Part shown: positions 1 to 10,176 of the stretch, piece after piece
Position numbering within the stretch: the stretch's first letter is position 1
Layout of the letters: every line of letters starts with the position of its first letter
Assembly: GCF_025021925.1 (NCBI RefSeq)
Contig: NZ_CP092368.1
Span: 150,001-182,000, forward strand
Source: Candidatus Saccharimonadota bacterium
GTDB taxonomy: Bacteria > Pseudomonadota > Alphaproteobacteria > Rickettsiales > Anaplasmataceae
Length of the DNA stretch: 32,000 bases
Direction: 5' to 3'
Made by a program: the position numbers and the translations under genes
The notes under the pieces: generated by a model
The model's database searches: none
Told to the model about the DNA's origin: nothing
What the model saw: only the letters and a program-made list of their open reading frames with translations

Positions 1-164
1 TCAGAAACAATCTCTCTATAGAAGAGCAAAACACTTGCATGTTTTATTCCTATGCAATGTTTAAAAAAAAATCTCCATTTCTTATTATAGAGTTATAGTA
101 TATCGTATATTTTATTGTATCATTTGGATAATAATCTGCTACTTCTGTATAGATTCGATCTCTT

Positions 165-863
165 ATGTATAAGACTATCATTGTATATTGTATAATCTCT
201 TTACTGTTTTCATATACGAATTTATATGGAAATATATATACTAATTTTAATAAAACTGAAAATGAATTGTATCAATCAGGATATTCTCTATTTGTAAATA
301 AAAAATATTTACAAGTAATTCAATTATATCAAAATATGGAATCTATATATCCTGGTACGTATTATACACTGCAGATACAATTATTATCTAGTATTTCTAG
401 CTATAAAACAGGTCAATACGCACATGCCATTAGCAATATAGAGAATTATATATATAAGTGTAATATACGTAATAACATAAATATACCATATGTATATTAT
501 TTAAGAATATTATTCTATTATATGCATATTCATAATATCAAGTTCGGACAAGAAACTGCATATAAAACTCTAGAATTTGCTAGAACATATATAGAGTTAT
601 TTTTAGATAGTAAATATCTAAATGAAGTGCAACAAATAGAAAAAAGAGTAATAAATCATATTGCATATAGTGAATATTCTATAGGTAAATTTTACCTACA
701 GCATGGTAAATACTTATCATCAATTATATGTTTTCAAAATATATTAAAAAAATACAAAAATAGTGACTATTATAGTAAAGTAATAAAAAACCTAATAATT
801 GCTTATTCGGCTTTAGGGCTATATCAAGAAGCGTATTACTGTCAAAATGATATTTTATATTAA
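165..863 (+). CDS. bamD: Outer membrane protein assembly factor BamD (YfiO-like TPR protein)
   Basis: 232-aa ORF with a hydrophobic N-terminal signal-like segment. The helical-repeat pattern is colinear with E. coli BamD as I recall it (ELYQSG..YLQVIQLYQNMESIYPGTYY.., ..NIPYVYYLR.., ..YSEYSIGKFYLQHGKY..KKYKNSDYY). No canonical lipobox seen. No search run. Confidence 0.75.
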   Translation: MYKTIIVYCIISLLFSYTNLYGNIYTNFNKTENELYQSGYSLFVNKKYLQVIQLYQNMESIYPGTYYTLQIQLLSSISSYKTGQYAHAISNIENYIYKCNIRNNINIPYVYYLRILFYYMHIHNIKFGQETAYKTLEFARTYIELFLDSKYLNEVQQIEKRVINHIAYSEYSIGKFYLQHGKYLSSIICFQNILKKYKNSDYYSKVIKNLIIAYSALGLYQEAYYCQNDILY

Positions 864-986
864 ATTTTATAATATGGTTCTATATATGATGAGTATGAGC
901 AGTTTTCTTACTCTCCTTAAGTAGTTTTTGTAGATATGTATCTTCACTGTTTATTTAATACTATATAAAACAAAACACTTTAATTT

Positions 987-2453
987 TTAAAGTATAAATT
1001 TAGATAAATCTCTCTGCTGTGCAATAGAGGATAATTTATCTTTAACATATTGACTATCTATTAGGAATTTTTTGCTATCTTTATTAGAAGCAATAAAACT
1101 GATTTCATCCAAAAGTTTTTCCATAATAGTATGTAATCTTCTTGCACCTATATTTTCTATTTCTCTATTAACCTTATATGTCATTTCAGCTATTGCTTCA
1201 ATTCCGTCATTCGTGAACTCAAGTATGACATTCTCTGTTTTTATTAATGCTATATATTGTTTTATTAAACTTGATTCTGTATCTCTTAATATTCTTACTA
1301 GATCTTCTTGAGTCAGAGCTTTCAACTCTACTCTAATTGGTAATCTGCCCTGCAGTTCTGGCAAAAGATCAGATGGTTTAGCCTGATGAAAAGCACCAGA
1401 TGCAATGAATAGAATATAATCTGTTTTTATATGTCCATACTTGGTTGATACTGTTGTACCCTCTAGTAAAGGTAATAAATCTCGTTGTACTCCTTCTCTA
1501 CTCACTTCACCTTTGATTGCTGTACATGATGCAATTTTATCTATTTCATCTAAAAATACTATTCCTTCATTACTTACAAGATTTAGAGCTTGTTTAATTA
1601 TTTTATCTTCATCCATCAGTTTATCACTTTCTTCATTAATAAGAATTATACGTGCTTCTTTTACTTGTACATTGATTGTTTTTGTTTTTTTATTTCCATT
1701 AAACATTTTACCCATTATTTCTGTGACGTTCATAATTCCAAGCTGAGCACCTGGAATGCCAGAGATATCAAGAGTTGGCAATGTAGAATTGCTTTCTTTA
1801 ACATTGATCGAGACTTTTCCTTCTTCACATTCTTTATTTCTGATTCTTTCTCTAAAAGTGTTTCTACTTGCTTCAGATGCATCTTCACCTACCATAGCAG
1901 TGACAATTCTTTCTTCAGCTAAAAATACAGCTTTTTTATATAAGGCTTTACGTACTTTTTCTTTCACTAAAATTATTGCTTCATCCACTAAATCGCGTAT
2001 GATAGAATCTACATCACGTCCTACATATCCTACTTCAGTAAACTTTGTCGCTTCAATTTTTATAAAAGGAGCACCTGCAAGTTTTGCTAATCTTCTAGCT
2101 ATCTCAGTTTTACCAACACCAGTATGTCCGATCATCAGTATATTTTTAGGTATGATGTCATCGCGTAATGGAAGAGGAACCTGATTTCTACGCCAACGAT
2201 TTCTAAGTGCAATAGCAACCGCACGTTTTGCATCATCTTGACCAATAATAAATCTATCTAATTCTTTAACTATCTGTTGTGGCGGAAGATCCTCTAATGG
2301 CATTTGTATTTCACCATCATTCTCCTGAAAAGACTCATCTTCTGGATGAGTATCGATGTTTGAATCTGCATATTGAGAACACTCTGAATGATTATACGAA
2401 AGAGTGACAGAATCATTATCATCATTCTTAAGAATATTTTTTTTAGAAGACAT
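987..2453 (-). CDS. hslU: ATP-dependent protease ATPase subunit HslU
   Basis: Walker [67 protein letters not shown]-terminal DLSKFIL. The ATG lies 4 nt after the hslV stop. It carries about 50 extra N-terminal codons relative to E. coli HslU; an alternative ATG at 2303 is preceded by GGTGA. Confidence 0.95.
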   Translation of the reverse strand: MSSKKNILKNDDNDSVTLSYNHSECSQYADSNIDTHPEDESFQENDGEIQMPLEDLPPQQIVKELDRFIIGQDDAKRAVAIALRNRWRRNQVPLPLRDDIIPKNILMIGHTGVGKTEIARRLAKLAGAPFIKIEATKFTEVGYVGRDVDSIIRDLVDEAIILVKEKVRKALYKKAVFLAEERIVTAMVGEDASEASRNTFRERIRNKECEEGKVSINVKESNSTLPTLDISGIPGAQLGIMNVTEIMGKMFNGNKKTKTINVQVKEARIILINEESDKLMDEDKIIKQALNLVSNEGIVFLDEIDKIASCTAIKGEVSREGVQRDLLPLLEGTTVSTKYGHIKTDYILFIASGAFHQAKPSDLLPELQGRLPIRVELKALTQEDLVRILRDTESSLIKQYIALIKTENVILEFTNDGIEAIAEMTYKVNREIENIGARRLHTIMEKLLDEISFIASNKDSKKFLIDSQYVKDKLSSIAQQRDLSKFIL

Positions 2454-2457
2454 ATCA

Positions 2458-3006
2458 TTACTCTATCTTTTCAATTACTATATTATTATTTGTATATATG
2501 CATATATCTGCAGCTATCCTCATGGCTTTTTTTGCAATTTCTTCTATTGAAATATCTTGAATATCAATTAATGCTCGTGCTGCAGATAAAGCAAAATTAC
2601 CCCCAGATCCAATAGCTAATACTCCATCTTCAGGCTCCAACACATCTCCTGTACCTGTAATTAATAAAGAGAGAGAAGAATCTGCCACTATCATCATAGC
2701 TTCTAATTTTCGTAAAAACTTATCCATTCTCCAATCTTGTGCAAGTTCTACACACGATCTCATCAACTGTCCTGAATGTTTTTCAAGTTTATTTTCCAGA
2801 CGTTCAAAGAGAGTAAATGCATCTGCTGTTGCTCCCGCAAATCCAGCAATGACAGAATCACAAGAAAGACGTCTCACTTTTTTCGCACTAGATTTTACAA
2901 TAGTATGACCCAATGAGACTTGACCATCTCCTATTATTACTACAGTATTATGCTTTCTAATTGACAAAACAGTAGTGCCATACATTTGTTGATTATTATA
3001 ATGCAT
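2458..3006 (-). CDS. hslV: ATP-dependent protease subunit HslV
   Basis: Short propeptide followed by the catalytic Thr (..QQMYG|TTVLSIRK), then [22 protein letters not shown] and GSGG. Immediately upstream of hslU on the same strand. Confidence 0.95.
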   Translation of the reverse strand: MHYNNQQMYGTTVLSIRKHNTVVIIGDGQVSLGHTIVKSSAKKVRRLSCDSVIAGFAGATADAFTLFERLENKLEKHSGQLMRSCVELAQDWRMDKFLRKLEAMMIVADSSLSLLITGTGDVLEPEDGVLAIGSGGNFALSAARALIDIQDISIEEIAKKAMRIAADICIYTNNNIVIEKIE

Positions 3007-3049
3007 TATATTTCCATTATCTTACATAAGATTATTATGAAATTTAGTA

Positions 3050-3078
3050 TTGGCATAATGTGAGTAATTTATTTTAAT
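3050..3078 (+). promoter_or_regulatory. Candidate sigma70-type promoter for gshA (TTGGCA-17 nt-TTTAAT)
   Basis: -35 TTGGCA at 3050-3055, a 17-nt spacer and -10 TTTAAT at 3073-3078, 47 nt upstream of the gshA ATG. -10-like hexamers are very common in this AT-rich DNA, so only the -35 element is informative. Confidence 0.25.
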
Positions 3079-3124
3079 CATAGATTATGATATAGTATTT
3101 GTTATTATATCATTTAAAAGATAG

Positions 3125-4285
3125 ATGCAAAACATAATTCTTCCAATTTTAGAAAAAAGTATTAATAGTTGGTTTGAAAATAAATTTCACAATCTTATCT
3201 TACCGCTTTATAGCTCTATAGATTTAAGATACTCAGGGTATAAAATTGCTCCTGTAGATGCAAATTTATTTCCAGCAGGATTTAATAATTTAAATCAGTC
3301 ATCAAAAATAATAGCATCACATTTCATGAAGATTTACTTTAAAAAAACTAAATATACAAAAGCGCTGATCATACCTGAAAAATATACAAGAAATCAACCA
3401 TATATAGCAAATGTATTTGCTATAGCAGATATATTAGAACTTGCAGGTTTACATACTAAGATTGGCATGTTATATGAAGAAAATTCTTCACCTTCATGTT
3501 ATGAAAGCGTTATTAGAGATAATCATACTTTAAAAACAACATCAGGATTTATACCTGATGTGATTATATTGAATTTTGATATGACAAGTCATATTCCTAA
3601 TATACTACACAATATCACACAAAAGATATTACCAGATCCACTATATGGATGGCACAGAAGAAAGAAATTTAAATATTTTGCAATTTATCAAGATCTAGTA
3701 TATGAATTTTGTCAAGAATTTAAAATAGATCCATGGCTAATTTCTATATTTACATCAGAATGTAATAATATTGATTTTAGTGATGATATATCACTACAAG
3801 AGATCTCTCATAAAGTTGATGATATGCTATATATAATGCAAGAAAAATATAAAGAACATAATGTAACAACACAACCATATGTTTTTATCAAAGCAAGTAA
3901 TGGTACATACGGTATGGGAATTATTACAGCAAGAAATAGCAAAGAAATATTCTCTTTAAATAAAAAAAAACGTAATAATATGAAAAAGGTAAAAGAAGGA
4001 GTCAAGATAAATAGTGTCATTATACAAGAAGGTATTCCTTCCTTAGATATATTTCAAGATATGACTGCAGAGCCTCTTATATATTATATAGCAAAAGATC
4101 CTATCTGTTATTTATACAGATGTAACAACAGAAAAGATAAGTTTTCTAGTTTAAATGCAATTGACTGTGAATTTTATGATGTAAGTAGCAATGTAAATGA
4201 TAATATTCTATTGCTATGGAAAGTCATCAGTAAGTTATCAATACTAGCATTATCTCTAGAAATTACATCTGAATCAAGTTATTAA
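3125..4285 (+). CDS. gshA: Glutamate--cysteine ligase, small GshA family (Pfam GshA / A. ferrooxidans type)
   Basis: [45 protein letters not shown] and [21 protein letters not shown] match the family signature blocks I recall ([57 protein letters not shown]). Confidence 0.75.
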   Translation: [386 protein letters not shown]

Positions 4286-4385
4286 AATAGTGAGAGTCTA
4301 GTTGAGATAAGTGATAGTTTTTTTCTTTCTTTATCTTAATAGAAAATATCATCTGTATATATAATACTACTATTAAAAATACATT

Positions 4386-5393
4386 TTATTCATCATGACT
4401 AGATATACGCTGTACATATAAATCAGTTAAACATGCAATAAATAAATCATCTGTACCAAGAGCAGGTACACGAAAGTAATACCCATCTTTAATAATTGCT
4501 TTATATTCTATATCAAGTTCAACTAGCGTCTCAGAGTGTTCAGAAACAAAGGAGATAGGACATAATACAACTGGTATATTATCTGATTTGACACGCAAAA
4601 GTTCACTTTCGGTACTTGGTTCTAACCATTTGATAGGACCAATCTTACTTTGATAGCAGACTGACCAATCTAAATTCTCAATAGCTAACTTTTTTACTAT
4701 TAATTCTGCAGTGCTTTTAATTTGTGAAGCATAGGGATCACCCTTTTTTATGATGCTTATAGGCAAACCATGAGCGGAAAATAAGACTCTTGGCTTCTTG
4801 TTACTAGTACTAGCTAATTGATAATATTGAGCAACTAAATTAGCATGTGCTGTAATAAAATATTTATTATCATAATAATGATGAATGATTTTGGTATCAC
4901 ATTTAAGATCATACTTTTTTGCTTGTATATACCAATCTTCTACAGATGATAATGTTGTAGTAGTAGAGTATTGAGGATATAGTGGTAGTAATACTATTTC
5001 ATCTGGAATAAATTTTTTGACATTTTGTACTACTTCTTCAGCAAATGGATGCCAATAACGCATACAAATAAAAACTTTTAATTGATCTTGTGATTTGATC
5101 ATGCAATTATCATGTATTTTTGGAGAATTAAAGATAATGCTATTCAATGAAGCTTCAAGTGCTTGAGCTTGCATTTGTGTATTCTCTAGAATGGGAGATT
5201 TACCTCCAATATGCTTATAAATCTCTTGTGCGATTTTTTCTCGTTTTTTTGAAATAAATTTTGCTAAAAAAAAACGAATAGGATTTGGTACATTAATTAT
5301 TCTTTTATCATAGAAGAGATTAAATAAAAAAGGCCGCACTGTTTCAAGTGAATTAGGTCCACCAAGATTAAATAGTACTATTGCTTTATTCAT
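4386..5393 (-). CDS. hemH: Ferrochelatase
   Basis: 335 aa. N-terminal [52 protein letters not shown]. Confidence 0.9.
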   Translation of the reverse strand: MNKAIVLFNLGGPNSLETVRPFLFNLFYDKRIINVPNPIRFFLAKFISKKREKIAQEIYKHIGGKSPILENTQMQAQALEASLNSIIFNSPKIHDNCMIKSQDQLKVFICMRYWHPFAEEVVQNVKKFIPDEIVLLPLYPQYSTTTTLSSVEDWYIQAKKYDLKCDTKIIHHYYDNKYFITAHANLVAQYYQLASTSNKKPRVLFSAHGLPISIIKKGDPYASQIKSTAELIVKKLAIENLDWSVCYQSKIGPIKWLEPSTESELLRVKSDNIPVVLCPISFVSEHSETLVELDIEYKAIIKDGYYFRVPALGTDDLFIACLTDLYVQRISSHDE

Positions 5394-5659
5394 GATATAT
5401 CAATTTATAATGAAAGTATCTATATTAAAGAAAAAAGAATATATGTCTATATTGTATCACTAATTATTGAATGATCCGTAGAAAATTTATATCATAGTAA
5501 TGTTGAAGTGTAATATCAGCAATACTAGTAATTAGACATTGACTATTTAATATCAAATAGCAATTATTTATTATAACACAAGACATATGACAAGTAAAAT
5601 AATTCTCTTTATAAAATAAAATTTTACAATACAATCATCTATAAATATTTTATAAAAAT

Positions 5660-6079
5660 ATGATACTGCAAAAAACACTTTCAATATTAAAGCCTGATAC
5701 AGTGAAAAATAATATTACAGGTAGCATAAATGCATATATTGAAAAATCTGGACTGAGAATTATAGCTCAAAAAATGCTGTTATTAACAATAAAACAAGCA
5801 GAATTATTTTATCATATTCATTATGACAAAGCATTTTTTGGTGAATTAATAGAATTTATGACTTCTGGACCTAGTATTATTCAAGTATTAACCGGTGAAA
5901 ACGCAATTAGCAGATATAGAATAATAATGGGCAATACTGATCCTAAAAAAGCAGATAAAGGAACAATCAGAGGTGATTTCGCCAATAATATTCGCGAGAA
6001 TAGAATTCATGGTTCAGATAATCTGGAAAATGCTAATAGGGAAATTTCATTCTTTTTTGCTATGTGTGACTTATTGTAA
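5660..6079 (+). CDS. ndk: Nucleoside diphosphate kinase
   Basis: 139 aa. [27 protein letters not shown], active-site NRIHGSD. Confidence 0.95.
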   Translation: MILQKTLSILKPDTVKNNITGSINAYIEKSGLRIIAQKMLLLTIKQAELFYHIHYDKAFFGELIEFMTSGPSIIQVLTGENAISRYRIIMGNTDPKKADKGTIRGDFANNIRENRIHGSDNLENANREISFFFAMCDLL

Positions 6080-6135
6080 ATCAAAGCATTCAATTATTCA
6101 AATACTAGCAAATATATATTCTTGTAATATAAAAA

Positions 6136-7575
6136 TTATAATTCAGTACCTCCAACAGTGAGTCCGTCCACTTTGATTGTGGGTTGTCCTACACATACTG
6201 GAATATTTTGTCCCTCTTTTGAACAGATTGCAGTGCCAGTATCCAATTTGAGATTATTACCAACCATAGAGACTTTTTTTAATAATGTTTGACCATCACC
6301 AATAAAAGATACACCTTTAATTGGATATGTAATCTTACCGTTTTCTATTAGATAAGCCTCTGAAGAAGAAAAAACAAATTTTCCTGATGTAATATCAACT
6401 TGTCCACCGCAAAACTTTACTCCATATACTCCTTTCTTAACACTTGAGATAATTTCTTCTTCTGTATATTTTCCAGGCAACATGTAAGTATTTGTCATTC
6501 GAGGCAATATAATAGATGCATAGCTCTCCCTTCTTCCATTACCAGTTATCGGAACATTCATATGTTTAGCATTCATATGATCTTGTATATATCCTTTTAA
6601 TATTCCATTTTCTACTAATATATTATATCCTGATGGATGTCCTTCATCATCAATATTCATAGAACCACACATATAAGGAAGAGTACCATCATCTACAATA
6701 GTCACATCATGAGATGCAATTTGTTTACCAATAGAATGTGAAAAAGCAGATACTTTTTTACGATTAAAATCTCCCTCTAATCCATGACCAACAGACTCAT
6801 GTATTAATATACCTGGTACACCTGCAGATAATACAACTGTCATTTCTCCTGCTAACATTGGCATTGCTTCACAATTCATTAATGCTTGTGCTAATGCTTC
6901 ATCTGCTACTTTTTGCCACTTTTGTATATTGATACACTGACCATACATTTCTCTTCTACCATATCCTGCATGCCCTTTTTCTATACGCCCTGCTTTTTCT
7001 ACTATGACTACTATATTCAGACGTACTAATGGTCTGATATCACTGATTCTATAATTATCACCTTTTATGATTTGTATTGCTTGATATTCTCCACTGAGAG
7101 TAATTTTTACTTGCGTAATGAAATTACTTTTAGAACGTATATATTCGTTGATATCATGCAATAGCGTGAGTTTTTCTTTAAGAGACATTTGATGTATAGG
7201 ATTAAGATTTGAGTATAAATTTTTTCTCTTTCCTTCTAAGTGGAGTAAATTATTTTGATTCAAAGACAATGTATTTATGACTATAGATGTAGCCTTACTA
7301 ATCTCTTGTTCACTAATTTCAGATGAGCATACAAAAGAGAGAGTATTGTCACAAAAAGCCCTCAAACCAAATCCACTATTTGTGTTATAATTCATATGTT
7401 TTAACATATTATCTTCAAATAGCAAAGATTCTGATTGACGGAATTCCAGAAATAACTCGCCACCATCGTTATTTCTTAGTGCATGATTAACGATTTTATA
7501 TATATTATTAATATTAATATTGTTATGTGTAAAAAATATCTTATCTATATCGCTGATCATCATCTTTAAAGTCAA
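6136..7575 (-). CDS. tldD: Metalloprotease TldD
   Basis: About 475 aa. HESVGHGLEGDFNRK metal-binding motif, and a C-terminal ..GQPTIKVDGLTVGG typical of the TldD/PmbA family. The ORF-track start at 7575 is TTG; in-frame ATGs at 7563 and 7560 are equally plausible starts. Confidence 0.9.
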   Translation of the reverse strand: MTLKMMISDIDKIFFTHNNININNIYKIVNHALRNNDGGELFLEFRQSESLLFEDNMLKHMNYNTNSGFGLRAFCDNTLSFVCSSEISEQEISKATSIVINTLSLNQNNLLHLEGKRKNLYSNLNPIHQMSLKEKLTLLHDINEYIRSKSNFITQVKITLSGEYQAIQIIKGDNYRISDIRPLVRLNIVVIVEKAGRIEKGHAGYGRREMYGQCINIQKWQKVADEALAQALMNCEAMPMLAGEMTVVLSAGVPGILIHESVGHGLEGDFNRKKVSAFSHSIGKQIASHDVTIVDDGTLPYMCGSMNIDDEGHPSGYNILVENGILKGYIQDHMNAKHMNVPITGNGRRESYASIILPRMTNTYMLPGKYTEEEIISSVKKGVYGVKFCGGQVDITSGKFVFSSSEAYLIENGKITYPIKGVSFIGDGQTLLKKVSMVGNNLKLDTGTAICSKEGQNIPVCVGQPTIKVDGLTVGGTEL

Positions 7576-7625
7576 AATATTATCTAAGAATATTCCTTTA
7601 TGTATATTAAGTCAAAGCGTAAAAA

Positions 7626-7712
7626 GCCTGAGTGGTGGAATTGGTAGACACACTAGCTTCAGATGCTAGTAACTTTGTGAGTTATTTGGAAGTTCGACTC
7701 TTCTCTCGGGCA
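7626..7712 (+). tRNA. tRNA-Leu (anticodon CAG), long variable arm
   Basis: Cloverleaf read by hand. Acceptor GCCTGAG/CTCGGGC (one G-U pair), D-arm GTGGAATTGGTAGACAC, anticodon stem CTAGC/GCTAG with loop TTCAGAT, long variable arm, T-arm GGAAG-TTCGACT-CTTCT, discriminator A. The 3' CCA is not encoded. Confidence 0.9.
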
Positions 7713-8023
7713 CTCTTACTATTTAAGGTTAAGTATTGATATAGTGATTATTATTATCACATTCTATTAATCAATTGAGCATTAGTGATAGCACTATGTC
7801 CTGTGATGTCTTCATTATTAGAAATATCAATCATCATTCTATCATTCTATCATTTGTTAAAATTATAATTTTGATATTTTGAAATGAGTATCTCAAAAAT
7901 GATCTTATAATATCAAGTACTCTCCTAAATGCTTAAGTAAAAATTATTTTGAATATCATCTTTTAAAGAAGATATTATTATTATAAATTAAGGTGTATTA
8001 TTCTTATAAATAGACAATTAAAG

Positions 8024-8740
8024 ATGAATTTAATGAGTAAATCTATTTTATTAACTAGACCGATGTTAGATTCTCTAAAGACAAGCAGGCTTTTAAGAAA
8101 ATCTGGACATAAAGTATTAATAGAACCATTATTTGCCCTTGAATATCTGAATGTTGATATATCTTTATATGATTTTGATATCATACTTGCCACAAGTCAA
8201 CACAGTATTAAAGCATTAAGTCAAATTTATAGATCACGTCACATTCCGATAATTACAGTAGGAAACGCCACTATGCAAACTGCTAAAAACTTAGGTTTTT
8301 TTAATATTACATCAGCCAATAGTAATGTTGAAGGATTAATCACATTAATACAGTCTCACTATTTTATAGGCAAAAAATTTCTATATATTAGAGGACATGA
8401 CATAACCTGTGAATTACAAAAAATATTATCAGAGAAAGATTTTTTTATAAGAGAAGTATTATTATATAAAACACTTATTAAAAATGATTTTAGTTTTAGA
8501 TGTCAACACTGGTTACTAGATAAACAGATTAACAGTGTAATATTTTTTTCCTCACAAACAGCAAACATTTTTTGTACTTTGGCAGCGAAGTCAGGTCTTA
8601 GTCATATTATGAGTGACATTACAGCTTTTACAATGAGTACAAATATATCTGAAAGATTAAAATCTATAAGATGGAAAAAAATTATTACATCTATAACACC
8701 TTCTCAAGAGGGTATAATTGAGGTCATTAATAAGAATTAA
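8024..8740 (+). CDS. hemD: Uroporphyrinogen-III synthase
   Basis: 238 aa. SILLTRP..S..L...G..V.IEPLF start, then IILATSQHSIKAL and VIFFSSQTANIF, the two half-domain signatures of HemD. The sequence is divergent, so confidence is moderate. Confidence 0.65.
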   Translation: MNLMSKSILLTRPMLDSLKTSRLLRKSGHKVLIEPLFALEYLNVDISLYDFDIILATSQHSIKALSQIYRSRHIPIITVGNATMQTAKNLGFFNITSANSNVEGLITLIQSHYFIGKKFLYIRGHDITCELQKILSEKDFFIREVLLYKTLIKNDFSFRCQHWLLDKQINSVIFFSSQTANIFCTLAAKSGLSHIMSDITAFTMSTNISERLKSIRWKKIITSITPSQEGIIEVINKN

Positions 8741-8742
8741 TC

Positions 8743-9561
8743 ATGATCAAAATTGCTACTTGGAATGTCAATTCCATACGTAAAAGAATAAATCAAATTG
8801 CTCAATTTATTGTTGATAATAATATAGATATTCTCTTGTTACAAGAGATCAGATGTACAGAACAACAATTTCCTTATTCTGTAATAGAACAATTAGGCTA
8901 TGAATATGCTATAAATGGTCAAATTACAAGAAATGGAGTATGTATTATATCAAAATATCAGATACTACAAACATATAAGGTTGATATGATCAAAAATGTA
9001 CAAGAAGCTCGTTATATAGAATGCATTATAAAAATAGATATTCATAAAATAAGAGTAATAAGCGTTTATGTTCCAAATGGTGGGCAAGGAGGAAATTTTT
9101 ATATACGCAAACTAGAATTTCTTGATAACTTATATCATAGAATACAGAGTGTAATAAAAAATGAAGAAGTCATTATTCTCGCGGGAGATTATAATATTGC
9201 ATTAGATATGCTTGATATCTTTGATATTAATTCATTCAATGAACAAGGGTGCTTTCATATACAAGCACGTCAAAAATTAAGAGCTATCTTAAATCTTGGC
9301 TTTAAGGATATATTTAGACTGCTAAATCCTCATTTACAAGAATTCACATGGTGGTCTTATCAAGGCAAGGCCTTATATAATAATCAAGGTCTTAGGATAG
9401 ATTATATACTGTTATCAGCAAAAATTATTGACAGATTAAAAGTATGCTATATAGATCCACAATGGCGTAAGATAGCGCCACATTCATCTGATCATGCGCC
9501 CGTGATATGCGGTATAGAATTAACATCATCTCTTATGAACGGTAGAAATAGATTATTTTAA
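8743..9561 (+). CDS. xth: Exodeoxyribonuclease III (AP endonuclease)
   Basis: MIKIATWNVNSIRKR, DILLLQEI, VYVPNG, GDYNIA, RIDYILLS, SDHAPV. The start is 2 nt after the hemD stop. Confidence 0.9.
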   Translation: MIKIATWNVNSIRKRINQIAQFIVDNNIDILLLQEIRCTEQQFPYSVIEQLGYEYAINGQITRNGVCIISKYQILQTYKVDMIKNVQEARYIECIIKIDIHKIRVISVYVPNGGQGGNFYIRKLEFLDNLYHRIQSVIKNEEVIILAGDYNIALDMLDIFDINSFNEQGCFHIQARQKLRAILNLGFKDIFRLLNPHLQEFTWWSYQGKALYNNQGLRIDYILLSAKIIDRLKVCYIDPQWRKIAPHSSDHAPVICGIELTSSLMNGRNRLF

Positions 9562-9645
9562 GCGAAATGTCAGAGTAGCGAGATATAAAATAGATATCAT
9601 ATGATCTTGTTTTCTTCAATTGAATTAACATGACAAAATGTTTTA

Positions 9646-10164
9646 CTATTTAACTGCAAGAATCAAATAATACTGATTTCCTTCCTTTTTAGGAGCTAAT
9701 TCTACTTTAGCAATTTCTTCAATATCTTTTACTAATCTGTGTAACTTATTTAATCCCATATCAGTATAGATAAGTTCTCTACCTCGAAATTTCATTGTTA
9801 CCTTGACTTTATGACCATGCACAAGAAAAAGTTTTATTTGACGAAGCTTTGTGAGATAATCATGATCGCTAATATTAGGTCCAATCTTAATTTCTTTTGT
9901 AGTGAGTGCTTTTTGCTTTTTACGCGCCTCGCTAGCTTTCTTTTTTGCATAATATTTTTGTTTACTATAATCTAGTACTTTACATACTGGAGGAATAGAA
10001 TCAGGTACAATTTCTACTAAGTCTAAACCTGCATTTTGTGCATATTCTAAAGCTTCCTCTATAGAGACAATACCTATCATTTCTCCATTAAAGTGTACTA
10101 AACGTACTTCTTTAGCTGTAATAAACGCGTTTACTCTATTTTGATGATTCTTTTTAACTTGCAA
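9646..10164 (-). CDS. infC: Translation initiation factor IF-3
   Basis: ..INAFITAKEVRLV..GEMIGIVSIEEALEYAQNAGLDLVEI..PPVCKVLDYSK.. and a C-domain KEIKIGPNISDHDY..K. The start codon is TTG, with GAGGA 9 nt upstream overlapping the thrS stop. Conserved thrS-infC order. Confidence 0.9.
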   Translation of the reverse strand: MQVKKNHQNRVNAFITAKEVRLVHFNGEMIGIVSIEEALEYAQNAGLDLVEIVPDSIPPVCKVLDYSKQKYYAKKKASEARKKQKALTTKEIKIGPNISDHDYLTKLRQIKLFLVHGHKVKVTMKFRGRELIYTDMGLNKLHRLVKDIEEIAKVELAPKKEGNQYYLILAVK

Positions 10165-10176
10165 AGTGTAAGTTCC

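Noticed and set aside
1-164. Possible 3' end of an upstream plus-strand gene (frames stop at 19-21, 62-64 or 96-98), and a TTGCAT-11 nt-ATGCAA hairpin (35-57) followed by an A-run.
   Set aside because: At most about 30 codons are visible, with no recognisable motif, so no gene can be called. The hairpin is a 6-bp AT-rich IR of a kind expected by chance.
1072-2615. Plus-strand ORFs 1072-1311, 1441-1746, 1590-1922, 1756-2184 and 2388-2615.
   Set aside because: All are antisense shadows of hslU/hslV. Their translations are low-complexity (Ser/Ile/Phe/Leu-rich) with no motifs, while the minus-strand products are unmistakable.
3808-4020. Minus-strand 70-aa ORF inside gshA.
   Set aside because: It lies antisense within a well-supported CDS and is hydrophobic, low-complexity and motif-free.
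5973-6161. 62-aa plus-strand ORF overlapping the ndk 3' end and the tldD 3' end.
   Set aside because: It is an alternative frame of ndk running into the convergent spacer, with no SD and no recognisable sequence.
7713-8193. A 310-bp spacer downstream of tRNA-Leu considered as an integration hotspot or island remnant. It includes a small tandem ATCATTCT x2.75 (7833-7854) and the ORF 7981-8193 (minus).
   Set aside because: There is no integrase, no direct repeat of the tRNA 3' end anywhere I could see, and no compositional shift. The tandem repeat is only about 22 bp. The ORF is antisense to the hemD start and low complexity.
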